Assembly: GCA_963768055.1 (NCBI GenBank)
Contig: CAVYGN010000001.1
Coordinates: 800,001-864,000 of the forward strand
Origin: an uncultured Spirochaetota bacterium
GTDB taxonomy: Bacteria; Spirochaetota; Brevinematia; Brevinematales; JAOACQ01
Reading direction: 5' to 3'
DNA: 64,000 nucleotides
Each line of letters begins with the position of its first letter. The first letter of the stretch is position 1. Positions 37,408 to 47,173 of this stretch are shown here, piece after piece. Made by a program: the position numbers and the translations under genes. The notes under the pieces were generated by a model, which ran no database searches, was not told where the DNA came from, and saw nothing but the letters and a program-made list of their open reading frames with translations.

Positions 37408-39531
37408 TTATTCTTCCTCTTTATCGATCCCATCATATGTGTTTTTTTCGATCGGCTTGAATATCTTTCTCGATTTTTTTTCCTTTGTCATTTCAGTCTC
37501 TTTAATATAATCATAAATCATTTCGAAGCTGTCCCTTTTTTCAGTCCTCGTCTCCCTGCGGACATATACTTCGTCATGTTTCAGTTCCCAAAGGTTTTCA
37601 GTGTCCCCGAACTGAAAATCGATGATTTTTTTCAGAAATTCCCTGTGCCTTGGATTGTTAACGGGAAAGAGCAGTTCGATCCTCCTGTCAAGGTTCCTTT
37701 CCATCCAGTCTGCGCTTGCAAGGTAATACTCCTCGTCACCGTCATTATAAAAATAATATATCCTGGAATGTTCAAGGTATCTTCCTACCAGTGAAATCAC
37801 TGAAATTTCCCCGCCGTTATCGCCTGGTCCGGGGATGAGGGAGCAGATTCCCCTTATAATCAGCCTTATTATGACCCCGGCCTTCGAGGCCTCGTAAAGC
37901 CTGCTGATAATATCAGGATCGGTCAGGGAATTCATCTTGGCGATGATCGCCGCCTTCCTGCCGCTTTTTGCGCAGACGGTTTCCCTTTCTATCAGGCGGA
38001 TGAACTTCTGTCTCAGATAAAGAGGGGCGATGGTCACTGCGTTCCATTTTTCAGCGAGTGAAAAACCTGTAAGGAGATTGAAAAGGGATGAAATGTCGCC
38101 GGTCAGATTTTCGTCCGTTGTAAACAGGCTGAAATCGCTGTATAGGCGCGCTGTGTTTTCATTGTAATTTCCCGTGGCAAGATGCGCGTAACGCTCAATC
38201 CCCCTTGTTTCTTTGCGTATTATCAGCATAGCCTTCATGTGGGTTTTAAATCCTGCAACACCGTAAGTGACATGGGCGCCCGCATCCTCGAGCTTTCTTG
38301 CCCACTCGATATTCCTTTTTTCGTCGAACCTGGCTTTAAGCTCGTCTATTACGGTAACGTACTTGCCGTTTTCTGCGGCGCGGATCAGGGCCTTTATTAT
38401 TTCAGATTCCGAACTTGTCCTGTAGAGCGTCTGTTTTATAGCTATAACGGCAGGATCATCTGCGGCGGTACTGATAAGTTCGACAACAGGTTCGTAGGAG
38501 TGATAGGGATGAAAGAGTATTATGTCGCGGTCCCTGACGGCCTTAAAAATATTCTTGTTTTTAAAATCACTGGGATAAACGGGAGTGACGGTTTTGAATT
38601 TAAGATCTTCTTTATTAATAATATTGTAGAGCTGCATTAGATCTTTTAAATGGATAAAGCCGTCAACAGGGTAGCCGTCTTCTTCACCCAGGCCGTTTTC
38701 TTCGCAAATAATTTGTATAACGCTATCGGGAATGTCCCTCTCATATTCCAGCCGGACGGCGGAACGGCGGTGCATTCTCTTTATCGAGGTCTCTATTTCT
38801 TTAAGAAGGTTAGGGGCGTCTTCCTCCTGAAGGCTTATATCTGCATCTCTCGTGATCTTCACCACATTGCAGGACGTCACTTCATATCCGTTATATAATT
38901 TGTGAATAAACAGCCGTATTATGTTTTCAATTGGGACAAAAGCCTTGCTCTTTATACCCGAATAAAAACGGCCGAAAACATTTGTCGGGATCTCAACGAA
39001 GGAGAGGGTACTTTTTTCTAAAACACCCTTCTCGTCCGGCTTGAGGCCGATGGCCAGGTAAAGCCTTCCTGTCACCAGGGTAATAAAAGGCATGGTTGGG
39101 CCTATGGATAGAGGGGTTAGTGATATCTTCAGCTCGTTATCGAAATAGGGTTCAAGCTCATCCTTTAGGGCCGTAAGTTCATCCTTATCCAATAAAAGTT
39201 TTATTCCATTCTCGGAGAGAGAGGGAACGATTTCCCCGTAAAGGATATCGAATTGCTTTTTCAGCATGTCAAGTACATGGGCTCTGATCGCTTTAATCTG
39301 CACAGATGGGGGGATGGACGGATAATCCGTGGTTTCCGATATTTTTGCGGTGATCTGGTTTTTTAAAACTGCTACGCGTATCATGAAAAACTCTTCAAGG
39401 TTAGAAGCGCTTATCGATAAAAACTTTAATTTTTCCAGGAGGGGGTTGCCGGGCCTGGCGGCTTCGAAAATAACCCTTTCGTTGAAATTAAGCCAGCTGT
39501 ATTCCCTGTTGATTATATTATAGGCGCTCAT
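37408..39531 (-). CDS. ppk1: Polyphosphate kinase 1
   Basis: NRE.SWL.FN.RV, NLEEFFMIRVA, HPYHS, IKQTLYR, ELKARFDE..NI.W, KTH.K, TGNYN, AKMNSL, LEHSRI and SADWM.RNL motifs; start at ATG 39531. Confidence 0.96.
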   Translation of the reverse strand: MSAYNIINREYSWLNFNERVIFEAARPGNPLLEKLKFLSISASNLEEFFMIRVAVLKNQITAKISETTDYPSIPPSVQIKAIRAHVLDMLKKQFDILYGEIVPSLSENGIKLLLDKDELTALKDELEPYFDNELKISLTPLSIGPTMPFITLVTGRLYLAIGLKPDEKGVLEKSTLSFVEIPTNVFGRFYSGIKSKAFVPIENIIRLFIHKLYNGYEVTSCNVVKITRDADISLQEEDAPNLLKEIETSIKRMHRRSAVRLEYERDIPDSVIQIICEENGLGEEDGYPVDGFIHLKDLMQLYNIINKEDLKFKTVTPVYPSDFKNKNIFKAVRDRDIILFHPYHSYEPVVELISTAADDPAVIAIKQTLYRTSSESEIIKALIRAAENGKYVTVIDELKARFDEKRNIEWARKLEDAGAHVTYGVAGFKTHMKAMLIIRKETRGIERYAHLATGNYNENTARLYSDFSLFTTDENLTGDISSLFNLLTGFSLAEKWNAVTIAPLYLRQKFIRLIERETVCAKSGRKAAIIAKMNSLTDPDIISRLYEASKAGVIIRLIIRGICSLIPGPGDNGGEISVISLVGRYLEHSRIYYFYNDGDEEYYLASADWMERNLDRRIELLFPVNNPRHREFLKKIIDFQFGDTENLWELKHDEVYVRRETRTEKRDSFEMIYDYIKETEMTKEKKSRKIFKPIEKNTYDGIDKEEE

Positions 39532-41066
39532 ACAAGCTTCTCGATCGAGACCTGAACCCCGAAGAAGTTTTCGAAAAGATCGCTCTTCTTTTTGACGGAA
39601 TTCCTGATCATTTCCAGAAAATCGTACCTGTTGTTTTTTATCCTGACAAGTATCTCGCATTTTTCTGCGCTTAAATTGACACGCAGTTCTTCTACGATCT
39701 GAGAGTGAGTGTTGTCGAGTCCGTCGGCAATTCTTAATATGCTTGACATCCGGGATACGATCAGCCTGTCCTCCATTGGAAGCTCGATATATTCAGTATG
39801 CGATGGTTTTGGAGGAGATTTTCTGTGGTATCTTGCGATTTGTGCGATAATATCCATTTCGGATTTCTGGAGTCCAATAATCTCGGATGAGGAGATAAGC
39901 TGGGCGGAATGCTTGTTATGGCTCGTAGTACCGACAAAATACCCGATATCATGCAGCAGGCCCCCCACTTCGAGGTATAAACGTTCATTGTCGCTAAAAT
40001 CGTAGTTTTTACGGAGTTCGTCAAAAATCTCAAGGGCGAGCCGGGTGACCGCGAGGGAATGCTCCCTGTCAAACTGGTATTTTTTGGCAAGAGACATAAC
40101 GGATGATATGATGTTTTCACGGATCTCGGTTTTTATGGCCTTATTCTTCGAGTTAACTATTTTATAGATATTGAAAAATGAGGGGTTTACATTCGGTATC
40201 ATTATATTCTGGGCTGCTGTCAGATTATAGAACATACCGAAGAGGATAAACGTTATTTTAGATGTTTTGAGCATAGTATCGGAAAGCTGGTACTTATCCT
40301 TGATCCTGTCGATCGACATGCTTTCTATTTGTGCAAAATATTTGTTAAAATCCTTTCTCGGCACAATGAATATTCCATCCGTTAAATAATCATGGAATAT
40401 TTTCTGGGCTAGGGGAAGTATGTCCTCGTTTATCCCTATGAATCCGTCGATTTTTTTGATATCGGGGAACCTTTTCAGCGTGCTTTGAAAACTCATTGAA
40501 AACGGGTTCAAAGCTAACTGGTATTTATCATCATAATTGTAATCTTTCGCGAATTTAATTGTACCTATACGATGGGTTTCCGAAAATATTATTTTACCCT
40601 TCGATTTGAGTATTATATGAGTCGAACCGGCTCCTATTGAAAAGAGGACAAAATTTTTTTTGTTGAACGAATACTTGTTTTTGATCTGATTCTTGATACC
40701 CTCATAAACTATTTCGCTTTCTTCAGCAGGTTCGCTTATCTCGATTACCACTCCCGTAGCTTTTCTGAGCCTTTCTATCAAAACGTCGCTGTTGCCGGAT
40801 TCCCGGATATTGCTTGTTATATAGGTTTTAAAGTTTGAAATACGGTAGCTTTCGATAACTTCCTTAAATTTATTTACTGACTGGATCACTTCCTGGATTG
40901 TCTGGTTTGAAATGAATCCCTTGCTTAAAGTGTCTCTTCCTATTCCGATAGGATTCCATAGATACTCGACCTGGGAAATATTTTTTTTCTTTGAAATTTC
41001 CGCGATATGCATTTTTATAGTATGAGACCCTATATCAATGACGGCTATCAATTTATTCGGTTCCAT
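39528..41066 (-). CDS. ppx: Ppx/GppA family exopolyphosphatase with HD domain
   Basis: IAVIDIGS, IGAGST, LLHDIG, HNKHS, IARYHRK and ILRIADGLD motifs; overlaps the ppk1 start. Confidence 0.88.
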   Translation of the reverse strand: MEPNKLIAVIDIGSHTIKMHIAEISKKKNISQVEYLWNPIGIGRDTLSKGFISNQTIQEVIQSVNKFKEVIESYRISNFKTYITSNIRESGNSDVLIERLRKATGVVIEISEPAEESEIVYEGIKNQIKNKYSFNKKNFVLFSIGAGSTHIILKSKGKIIFSETHRIGTIKFAKDYNYDDKYQLALNPFSMSFQSTLKRFPDIKKIDGFIGINEDILPLAQKIFHDYLTDGIFIVPRKDFNKYFAQIESMSIDRIKDKYQLSDTMLKTSKITFILFGMFYNLTAAQNIMIPNVNPSFFNIYKIVNSKNKAIKTEIRENIISSVMSLAKKYQFDREHSLAVTRLALEIFDELRKNYDFSDNERLYLEVGGLLHDIGYFVGTTSHNKHSAQLISSSEIIGLQKSEMDIIAQIARYHRKSPPKPSHTEYIELPMEDRLIVSRMSSILRIADGLDNTHSQIVEELRVNLSAEKCEILVRIKNNRYDFLEMIRNSVKKKSDLFENFFGVQVSIEKLV

Positions 41067-41241
41067 AATTAATCCCCGTTAATCAAGCGTAAACTGTGTT
41101 AAAAACAAACGATAAGATTTTTATTTTATACTATGAAAATTTCTTTTGCAAAAAAAATGCGATATTTATTAATATTAAAAACTTCCGATAACTCATTTTA
41201 TTCATTAAAATATCCTGTTATTAAACATTAGGAGGCGGCCA

Positions 41242-42225
41242 TTGGGACCGATAAAATTAGGAATAATAGGCTGCGGTATTGCCGCCCGCGATCTGCATCT
41301 TCCTGTAATACAGGCCTTAAAGGATAAATACAAGATAGTTATGGTCTGCAATCATACCGAAGAAAAAGCAAGGGATTTCGCGATATCGGCCGGTAACGTA
41401 CCTTATACACGTAACTATAAAGAACTTCTCAAAAACCCGGAAGTAGAGGCTGTGGATATAACCGTGCCGATTCATCTTAATTATGAAGTCGTTAAGAGCG
41501 CCATAAGGTTTAAGAAGCATGTTATAGTTGAAAAACCTTTAGCGGCAAACCTCGACGACGCGAAGAAGCTTTCGGGTATTGAAAAACATTACCGCAAGGT
41601 TTTAATGGTGGCGGAAAACTATAGATATTCCCCTATATACAGGAAAGCCGGAGAATTGATCAGGGAAGGCAGGATAGGAGAGCTTTACGGGGCGTTCTGG
41701 AATATTTTCAGGCGGCTGGATGAAAACGATAAATACGCAAAAACCGAATGGCGTATCAACCATAAATACGAGGGTGGATTTATCATGGACGCCGGGATAC
41801 ATAACATAGCGGTTCTCCGCATGCTTTGCGGGGAATTTTCCTCGGGAATTGCGGCCGTTGAATGTATAAATCCCAGAATAGGGAAGATGGATTCGATGAG
41901 CTTTTTATTCGCTACAACGAATATGGTAAAAGGCGTATTTAATATGTATTACAGTGTTATCGGCTATGCGGAGGAAAAGCTCCTTCTTATTGGAACCGAG
42001 GGCAGTATAACTGTGGAGAACGGATCAAGGATCATTCTTAAAAGGGAGGGTGAAGAGGATCAGATTACCGACATGCCGGGCAGCGGAGGGTATCTTGAGG
42101 AATTCGTAAATTTTTACGAAGCGGTACGGGGCGGAGGAAAAGTTGTAAGCACTTTTCATGAAGCGTATATGGATCTTATGGTAATGCTCGGGGCCATTCA
42201 TTCCGCCGACAGCAAGCCTTCCTAA
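41242..42225 (+). CDS. Gfo/Idh/MocA family oxidoreductase
   Basis: GIIGCG, VEKPLA, VAENYRY and GGFIMDAGIH motifs; AGGAGG RBS before a TTG start. Confidence 0.92.
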   Translation: MGPIKLGIIGCGIAARDLHLPVIQALKDKYKIVMVCNHTEEKARDFAISAGNVPYTRNYKELLKNPEVEAVDITVPIHLNYEVVKSAIRFKKHVIVEKPLAANLDDAKKLSGIEKHYRKVLMVAENYRYSPIYRKAGELIREGRIGELYGAFWNIFRRLDENDKYAKTEWRINHKYEGGFIMDAGIHNIAVLRMLCGEFSSGIAAVECINPRIGKMDSMSFLFATTNMVKGVFNMYYSVIGYAEEKLLLIGTEGSITVENGSRIILKREGEEDQITDMPGSGGYLEEFVNFYEAVRGGGKVVSTFHEAYMDLMVMLGAIHSADSKPS

Positions 42226-43028
42226 TAAGCGAACGGCTCATGAGTCTTCCAATCGAGCATAAAGGGTTCTTCGGGTTCTTTGTCGGTATCGATCTTATCG
42301 ACGTCGAATTTCACATCTTCTTTCAGGTCAGTGTTCGCGATGCCTTCAATATCCACAGTTTCTTCAAGCCTGTCCGGCTTGAACCTTTCCATATGCCCGT
42401 AAACCCTTACCCAATCATCGTTTTTATACGGCCTGATGCCGTTTGTGCTTATCCTGAATCCTATAGCACACGCGTCGACAATACAGCATACCATCGCGAC
42501 ACGCATAAGTGCGATCTGTCCCTTTTTTTCAAGCTGAGGGTTTTTGTAAACGAAAGCCCTGAAAACATAATTGTTGTTCTTGATGATCGCATCTACTTTT
42601 TTCTTAGGGTTGTTGTAAAGGATCATATAGAGTTCGCCAAGGTTGATCGGGATATATTCTACCCCGTTATAAGTTACCCTTCCGGTTTTCGGATCGGACC
42701 CCTCGAGTTTTACCGGCTGGTATTTCTGCGTGATCTGGTTCGTATTTGTGATATTTCCAAGCTGAATTCCATGCAGCCTTACAGCCGGCGCCAACAAGCA
42801 TAAAATAACAAAAATTATTATAATCACCGCCGTGGACGGTTTTACCGAAATGCCGGTAAAAAGGGTGGCCAGGCCTGAAATGATAAGCAAAGCCCCGGTG
42901 GCCCCCGTCAGCCAGAGGAATTTTGAGCTCATGATATTGTGATATCCCCCTGAAAATATAAGATACATAATATATGATCCTATGGCCAGCAGGAAGATGG
43001 AAGCAAGGATCGATAAAAATTTCTTCAT
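42222..43028 (-). CDS. YcgQ-like (DUF1980) membrane protein, partner of the permease
   Basis: N-terminal TM helices; R..MVCC..DA..IG and D.WV.V.G motifs; follows a DUF318-type permease. Confidence 0.75.
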   Translation of the reverse strand: MKKFLSILASIFLLAIGSYIMYLIFSGGYHNIMSSKFLWLTGATGALLIISGLATLFTGISVKPSTAVIIIIFVILCLLAPAVRLHGIQLGNITNTNQITQKYQPVKLEGSDPKTGRVTYNGVEYIPINLGELYMILYNNPKKKVDAIIKNNNYVFRAFVYKNPQLEKKGQIALMRVAMVCCIVDACAIGFRISTNGIRPYKNDDWVRVYGHMERFKPDRLEETVDIEGIANTDLKEDVKFDVDKIDTDKEPEEPFMLDWKTHEPFAY

Positions 43029-43033
43029 ATACT

Positions 43034-43942
43034 TTACCCCGATAAAAGAGCTATTATATTCGTGATTAAAAATACCATCGATGCTGAAATTATTGCGATA
43101 TATAAAAGGGCCTTTCTTTTTAAAGTCCCTCCGTACATTATTATGGATTTCAAACCAAGGACCGGCCCGATCGTGACAAAAGCCAGCTGGGCGGATGGTG
43201 AAAATTTAATGAATGAGGATGCAACGAAAGCATCCGCCCCGGAGCAGATGGAAAGCATTATTGCGAAAGCCATCATAAAAAATACGGACAGCGGAAGGTT
43301 ATGTTCGAAAAATATCGAAACGCTTTTAGGAGCGAAAATCCTGAAAGCCGATGCAAGTATCGCCCCGGCGATGAGATATTTTGACATTTCCAGGAATTCC
43401 CCGGCGGAATGCTTCACCAGGAAAGATAATCTTTCCCCAGGGGGTATGTGATCCTCAATAAAACATTCGCCGTTATGGTCATGGCAGGCTTTATCGCTTT
43501 CTTTTATGCCGTACCTGCTGAAAATATCTTTCTGGCCGGATAAAGCTATTCCGACGGTTACTGCGACTGCGGCCGATATGGCCATCCTGCCGAGGACCAT
43601 CATTAAATTGAAACGGAAAGCCACGTATGTCGCTATAATGACTATCGGATTGATCACAGGCGCCGCCATCATATAAACTACTGCAAGGTGCTGCGGCAGG
43701 CCTTTTTTCGCAAATTTTCTGGCAATCGGGATCACACCGCATTCGCATGTCGGAAGCATCATGCCCAGCAAGAGAGCAAGAATGAAGCCGGGCGCTCCCT
43801 TCCCGAAGATTTTGTGCCTGAATATTTTTTCCGGAAGAAATATTTCTATAAGAATGCCGATCACGGATCCCGCCAGTAAAAACGGCAAAGCATCCAGTAC
43901 CAGCGCAACCGTATAGATGGCAAACATATCGAATTTAAGCAT
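43034..43942 (-). CDS. DUF318/YcgR-like metal permease
   Basis: ALPFLLAG, PTCECGVIP, AAPVINP and LSICSGADAFVA motifs; His-containing loop. Confidence 0.88.
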   Translation of the reverse strand: MLKFDMFAIYTVALVLDALPFLLAGSVIGILIEIFLPEKIFRHKIFGKGAPGFILALLLGMMLPTCECGVIPIARKFAKKGLPQHLAVVYMMAAPVINPIVIIATYVAFRFNLMMVLGRMAISAAVAVTVGIALSGQKDIFSRYGIKESDKACHDHNGECFIEDHIPPGERLSFLVKHSAGEFLEMSKYLIAGAILASAFRIFAPKSVSIFFEHNLPLSVFFMMAFAIMLSICSGADAFVASSFIKFSPSAQLAFVTIGPVLGLKSIIMYGGTLKRKALLYIAIISASMVFLITNIIALLSG

Positions 43943-44384
43943 CCTTGCCCCTATTGACGGCGGAGCAGTCGCCGCAGTAGCCGTAAATTTCGAGTTTATG
44001 CCCGGTGGCGCTGAAGCCGGTTTTTTTTCGCAATATCTTCATTTCCCTTACGCCGATGGGGCAGTTTTCAATCGATATGATTTTATGGCATCCGATGCAG
44101 ACTGCATGATGCCTGTGTTCATCCCTGTTTATTTCAAATCTCGCCTTTCCATCGTTGAACAGGCTGGTTTTTAATGTGAAACCGTTGGCGGTAAGCGTTT
44201 CGAAAGTCCTGTAAACAGTAGAGAGATTGAGGTTACAGCTTACAGGTTTGAGTTTTAAAAAAACCTCTACGGCTGTCATGGGTTCCTTCGATTTTTCCAG
44301 AACTTCAAGGATCGATCTTCTATGCCTTGTGTTTCTAAGGCCCTTCTGTTTAAGTGTTTTAATATCGCTGCTTTTCAACTTCAA
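43935..44384 (-). CDS. Fur-family regulator, probably Zur
   Basis: GLRNTRHR, LSTVYRT, HRHHAVCIGC and YGYCGDC motifs; co-transcribed with Zn ABC genes. Confidence 0.88.
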   Translation of the reverse strand: MKLKSSDIKTLKQKGLRNTRHRRSILEVLEKSKEPMTAVEVFLKLKPVSCNLNLSTVYRTFETLTANGFTLKTSLFNDGKARFEINRDEHRHHAVCIGCHKIISIENCPIGVREMKILRKKTGFSATGHKLEIYGYCGDCSAVNRGKDA

Positions 44385-45228
44385 AGACTCCTCCTTTGCC
44401 GCCGGCTGTTTTTTTTAGCGATGAGGCTGCAGGCCTGATCTTTGATAACATCATGATGACTAGCGTTAATACTCCGACTATAATAATAGTACCGCCGGGC
44501 TTTAAATTCAGATAGAATGAAATAAACAGCCCTGAAATTGTGAAGATCAAAGCGAATATGACGGATAATGAGACCGTTTGCTTATAACTTTTCGATACCT
44601 GCATAGCGCAGGCGACGGGCAGAACGAGTAGGGATGAAATAACCAGAGTGCCGACCACCCGGGAGGATATTGAAATCGTTACAGCCGTTAACAGGGTAAA
44701 AACGATATTTATCAGGCTTACAGGTATTCCTGCGAGCCTTGCCGATTCCTCGTCGAATGTCATATAAAAAAGTTCTTTATAAAGAAGAATTACGGTTACA
44801 AGGACCATAACGCATAAAAAAACAATCATATAAAGTTCAAAATCACTGATAGCCACAATGCTTCCGAAAAGAAAACTGTTGAAACTTGAACTGTTTTTTA
44901 CAAAACCCGATAATATTCCGGCGAGCCCGATCCCTGTGGACATAATAACAGCTATAGCAATTTCCGAGTACCGGGGAAATGCCCTTCTGATTCTTTCAAT
45001 ACTGAAAGCGGAAATGACTGTAAAAAATACGGCGCCCAGGACCGGGTTGATGCCGAATACAAGGCCGGCAGCAACCCCTGCCAGGGACGTGTGGGAAAAC
45101 GCGTCGCCTATCATTGAGAGCCTTTTCAGAACTACTATAACGCCTATAAGCGGCGTTATTATTGCGATCAGGACCCCAACTATAAGAGCCTTTATCATGA
45201 AATCGTATTCAAAAATATTAAGCATCAC
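44359..45228 (-). CDS. znuB: Zn/Mn ABC transporter permease
   Basis: SMIGDAFSH..LAG, FLFGSI, FDE..A...G and VGTL..SSLLVLP motifs. Confidence 0.88.
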   Translation of the reverse strand: MMLNIFEYDFMIKALIVGVLIAIITPLIGVIVVLKRLSMIGDAFSHTSLAGVAAGLVFGINPVLGAVFFTVISAFSIERIRRAFPRYSEIAIAVIMSTGIGLAGILSGFVKNSSSFNSFLFGSIVAISDFELYMIVFLCVMVLVTVILLYKELFYMTFDEESARLAGIPVSLINIVFTLLTAVTISISSRVVGTLVISSLLVLPVACAMQVSKSYKQTVSLSVIFALIFTISGLFISFYLNLKPGGTIIIVGVLTLVIMMLSKIRPAASSLKKTAGGKGGVFEVEKQRY

Positions 45229-46019
45229 AATTCTCCATGCCTGCAGCTGTTCCTGCTTTCATTATGCAGATGGACGCCATGGCCGTATATTTCAGTTAAA
45301 AGATCGTTTGAGATTTTCTCATCCGGCGAATGTTCGAAAAAGCCGTTCTCGCCCAGGCAGACGAACCTGCTGGCGTGAATGGTCAATGCAAGGATGTCAT
45401 GGCTTACCATTATGACCGTCAACCCCAATTCATCGTTAAGATCCCTTAGAAGGCAGTACACAGCCTCTTCTGATCTGACATCTATTCCGGCTGTAGGTTC
45501 ATCAAGAATGAGCATCTCCGGTTCGCTGACCAGAACCCTGGCTATGAATACCCTCTGCTGCTGGCCGCCCGAAAGGTTGCCTATCATTTCTTTTCCCCGG
45601 TCCTGCATGCCAACCTTTTCAAGGGCGGTATAAACAAGGTCCCTGTGCTCTTTTTTCGGGGCTTTAAACAAGCCTACTCTGGAAAAAAGATTTGCCCCGA
45701 CAATTTCCTCAACGGAAGCAGGAAAGCTCAAATTGAAAGATGTGGCGGTTTGAGATATATACCCGACTTTGCTCCATCCGTTAAAACTGTTTATGTTAAT
45801 TCCGAACAGCTTTATTTCACCCCCGGTAGGGTTAAGGATCTTAAGAATAAGCTTAACGAGAGTGCTTTTCCCCGAACCGTTGGCGCCGATGACGCCCATA
45901 TAATCACCCTTGTTTATAGAGAAGCTGATGTCGTTTATCAGCGGCTTGTTATTGTAAGAGAAACTAAGGTGGCTGATTTCCACTACTTTATTCATAATAT
46001 GATTATCGCTTATTTCCAT
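45225..46019 (-). CDS. znuC: Zn/Mn ABC transporter ATP-binding protein
   Basis: GANGSGKST, LSGGQQQRV, DEPTAG and VSHD motifs; His-rich tail. Confidence 0.88.
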   Translation of the reverse strand: MEISDNHIMNKVVEISHLSFSYNNKPLINDISFSINKGDYMGVIGANGSGKSTLVKLILKILNPTGGEIKLFGININSFNGWSKVGYISQTATSFNLSFPASVEEIVGANLFSRVGLFKAPKKEHRDLVYTALEKVGMQDRGKEMIGNLSGGQQQRVFIARVLVSEPEMLILDEPTAGIDVRSEEAVYCLLRDLNDELGLTVIMVSHDILALTIHASRFVCLGENGFFEHSPDEKISNDLLTEIYGHGVHLHNESRNSCRHGEL

Positions 46020-46063
46020 CTATTTTTCAACTTTGCCCCGGGGCACTTGCTCCGGGGCAGCAC

Positions 46064-46119
46064 ATGCAAACAGTTTGCATCAACGATAAATTATAATATG
46101 GTTATCAACCGGCTGTCAA
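46064..46119 (-). promoter_or_regulatory. sigma70 promoter plus Zur/Fur-type operator for the znuC operon
   Basis: Minus-strand TTGACA (46119-46114), N18, TATAAT (46095-46090), then palindrome ATGCAAAC-N-GTTTGCAT (46064-46080). Confidence 0.8.
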
Positions 46120-46198
46120 AATGTTGACTCTTTTTTTTTAAATGCTTATTTTTTAAACTAGTCGATAGTCAACAGTCAACATCGATGAGGAGGGCGTT

Positions 46199-47173
46199 AT
46201 GCGTCTTGGTATGATCGGCCTCGGCAGAATGGGCTTGAACATGGCCAGGCGGCTTATCCTGGACGGCCATGAAGTGGCCGCATACAACAGGACATATGAA
46301 AAAGTAAGGGAATTTGAAAAAGAGGGGGGGATCGGATCTTCGACGATTGAAGAATTCATCGGTAAACTTAATCCCCCCAGGATAATCTGGCTTATGCTGC
46401 CTGCGGGTAAAATCACGGAAGAGCATTTAGAGAGGCTTAAACCCTTTTTAATAAAAGGAGACATTATTATCGAAGGCGGAAATACATACTACAAGGACGA
46501 TATCCGAAGGGCCGGCGAGTTCTGGAAATCGGGAATATTCTACATGGATGCGGGAGTTTCAGGGGGGATATGGGGATTAAAAAACGGTTATTCGACAATG
46601 GTGGGAGGAAACAGGGATACTTTTTTAATAATCGAACCGCTAATTAAATCGATCGCCCCCGAGGAGGGTTACCTTTACTGCGGCCCTTCGGGAGCCGGCC
46701 ATTTTGTTAAAATGATTCATAACGGAATCGAATACGCCCTCATGGAGGCCTATGGAGAAGGCTTCCAGGTCTTAAAAGCCTCCGGTTATGGTCCTGAAAT
46801 CAAATTAAGGGATGTGGCTCATATCTGGAACAGGGGGAGCGTAGTCAGGTCCTGGCTTTTGGAACTTCTGGAATCAGCCTTTGATAGAGATGACGACCTT
46901 TCCGGTATCCAGGGTTATGTTGAAGATTCCGGCGAGGCGCGATGGACTGTAAAAGAAGCGCTCGATGAGGGGGTAGCTGCTGACGTAATAAGCGCTTCGC
47001 TCTTCAAAAGGTTCAATTCGAGGCAGAAAGATGTGTTCGCAAACAGGGTAATAGCTGCACTCCGCAATGAATTCGGGGGCCATTCGATACTGAAAAAGGG
47101 AGAGAATTTCGAAGAACATGGAGAAGGCGCTGGCAGGATAAAACACTCGATGCCGGAAGAGAGGCCGGAGTGA
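46199..47173 (+). CDS. gnd: 6-phosphogluconate dehydrogenase, decarboxylating (short form)
   Basis: GMIGLGRMG, IEGGN, DAGVSGG, GAGHFVKMIHNGIEY, DSGE.RWT and ALRNEFGGH motifs. Confidence 0.95.
   Translation: MRLGMIGLGRMGLNMARRLILDGHEVAAYNRTYEKVREFEKEGGIGSSTIEEFIGKLNPPRIIWLMLPAGKITEEHLERLKPFLIKGDIIIEGGNTYYKDDIRRAGEFWKSGIFYMDAGVSGGIWGLKNGYSTMVGGNRDTFLIIEPLIKSIAPEEGYLYCGPSGAGHFVKMIHNGIEYALMEAYGEGFQVLKASGYGPEIKLRDVAHIWNRGSVVRSWLLELLESAFDRDDDLSGIQGYVEDSGEARWTVKEALDEGVAADVISASLFKRFNSRQKDVFANRVIAALRNEFGGHSILKKGENFEEHGEGAGRIKHSMPEERPE

Noticed and set aside
46034..46059. Riboswitch or sRNA in the znuC leader (TGCCCCGGGGCA-CT-TGCTCCGGGGCA hairpin)
   Set aside because: It is a single short hairpin with no recognisable aptamer features, and the operator already explains the regulation.
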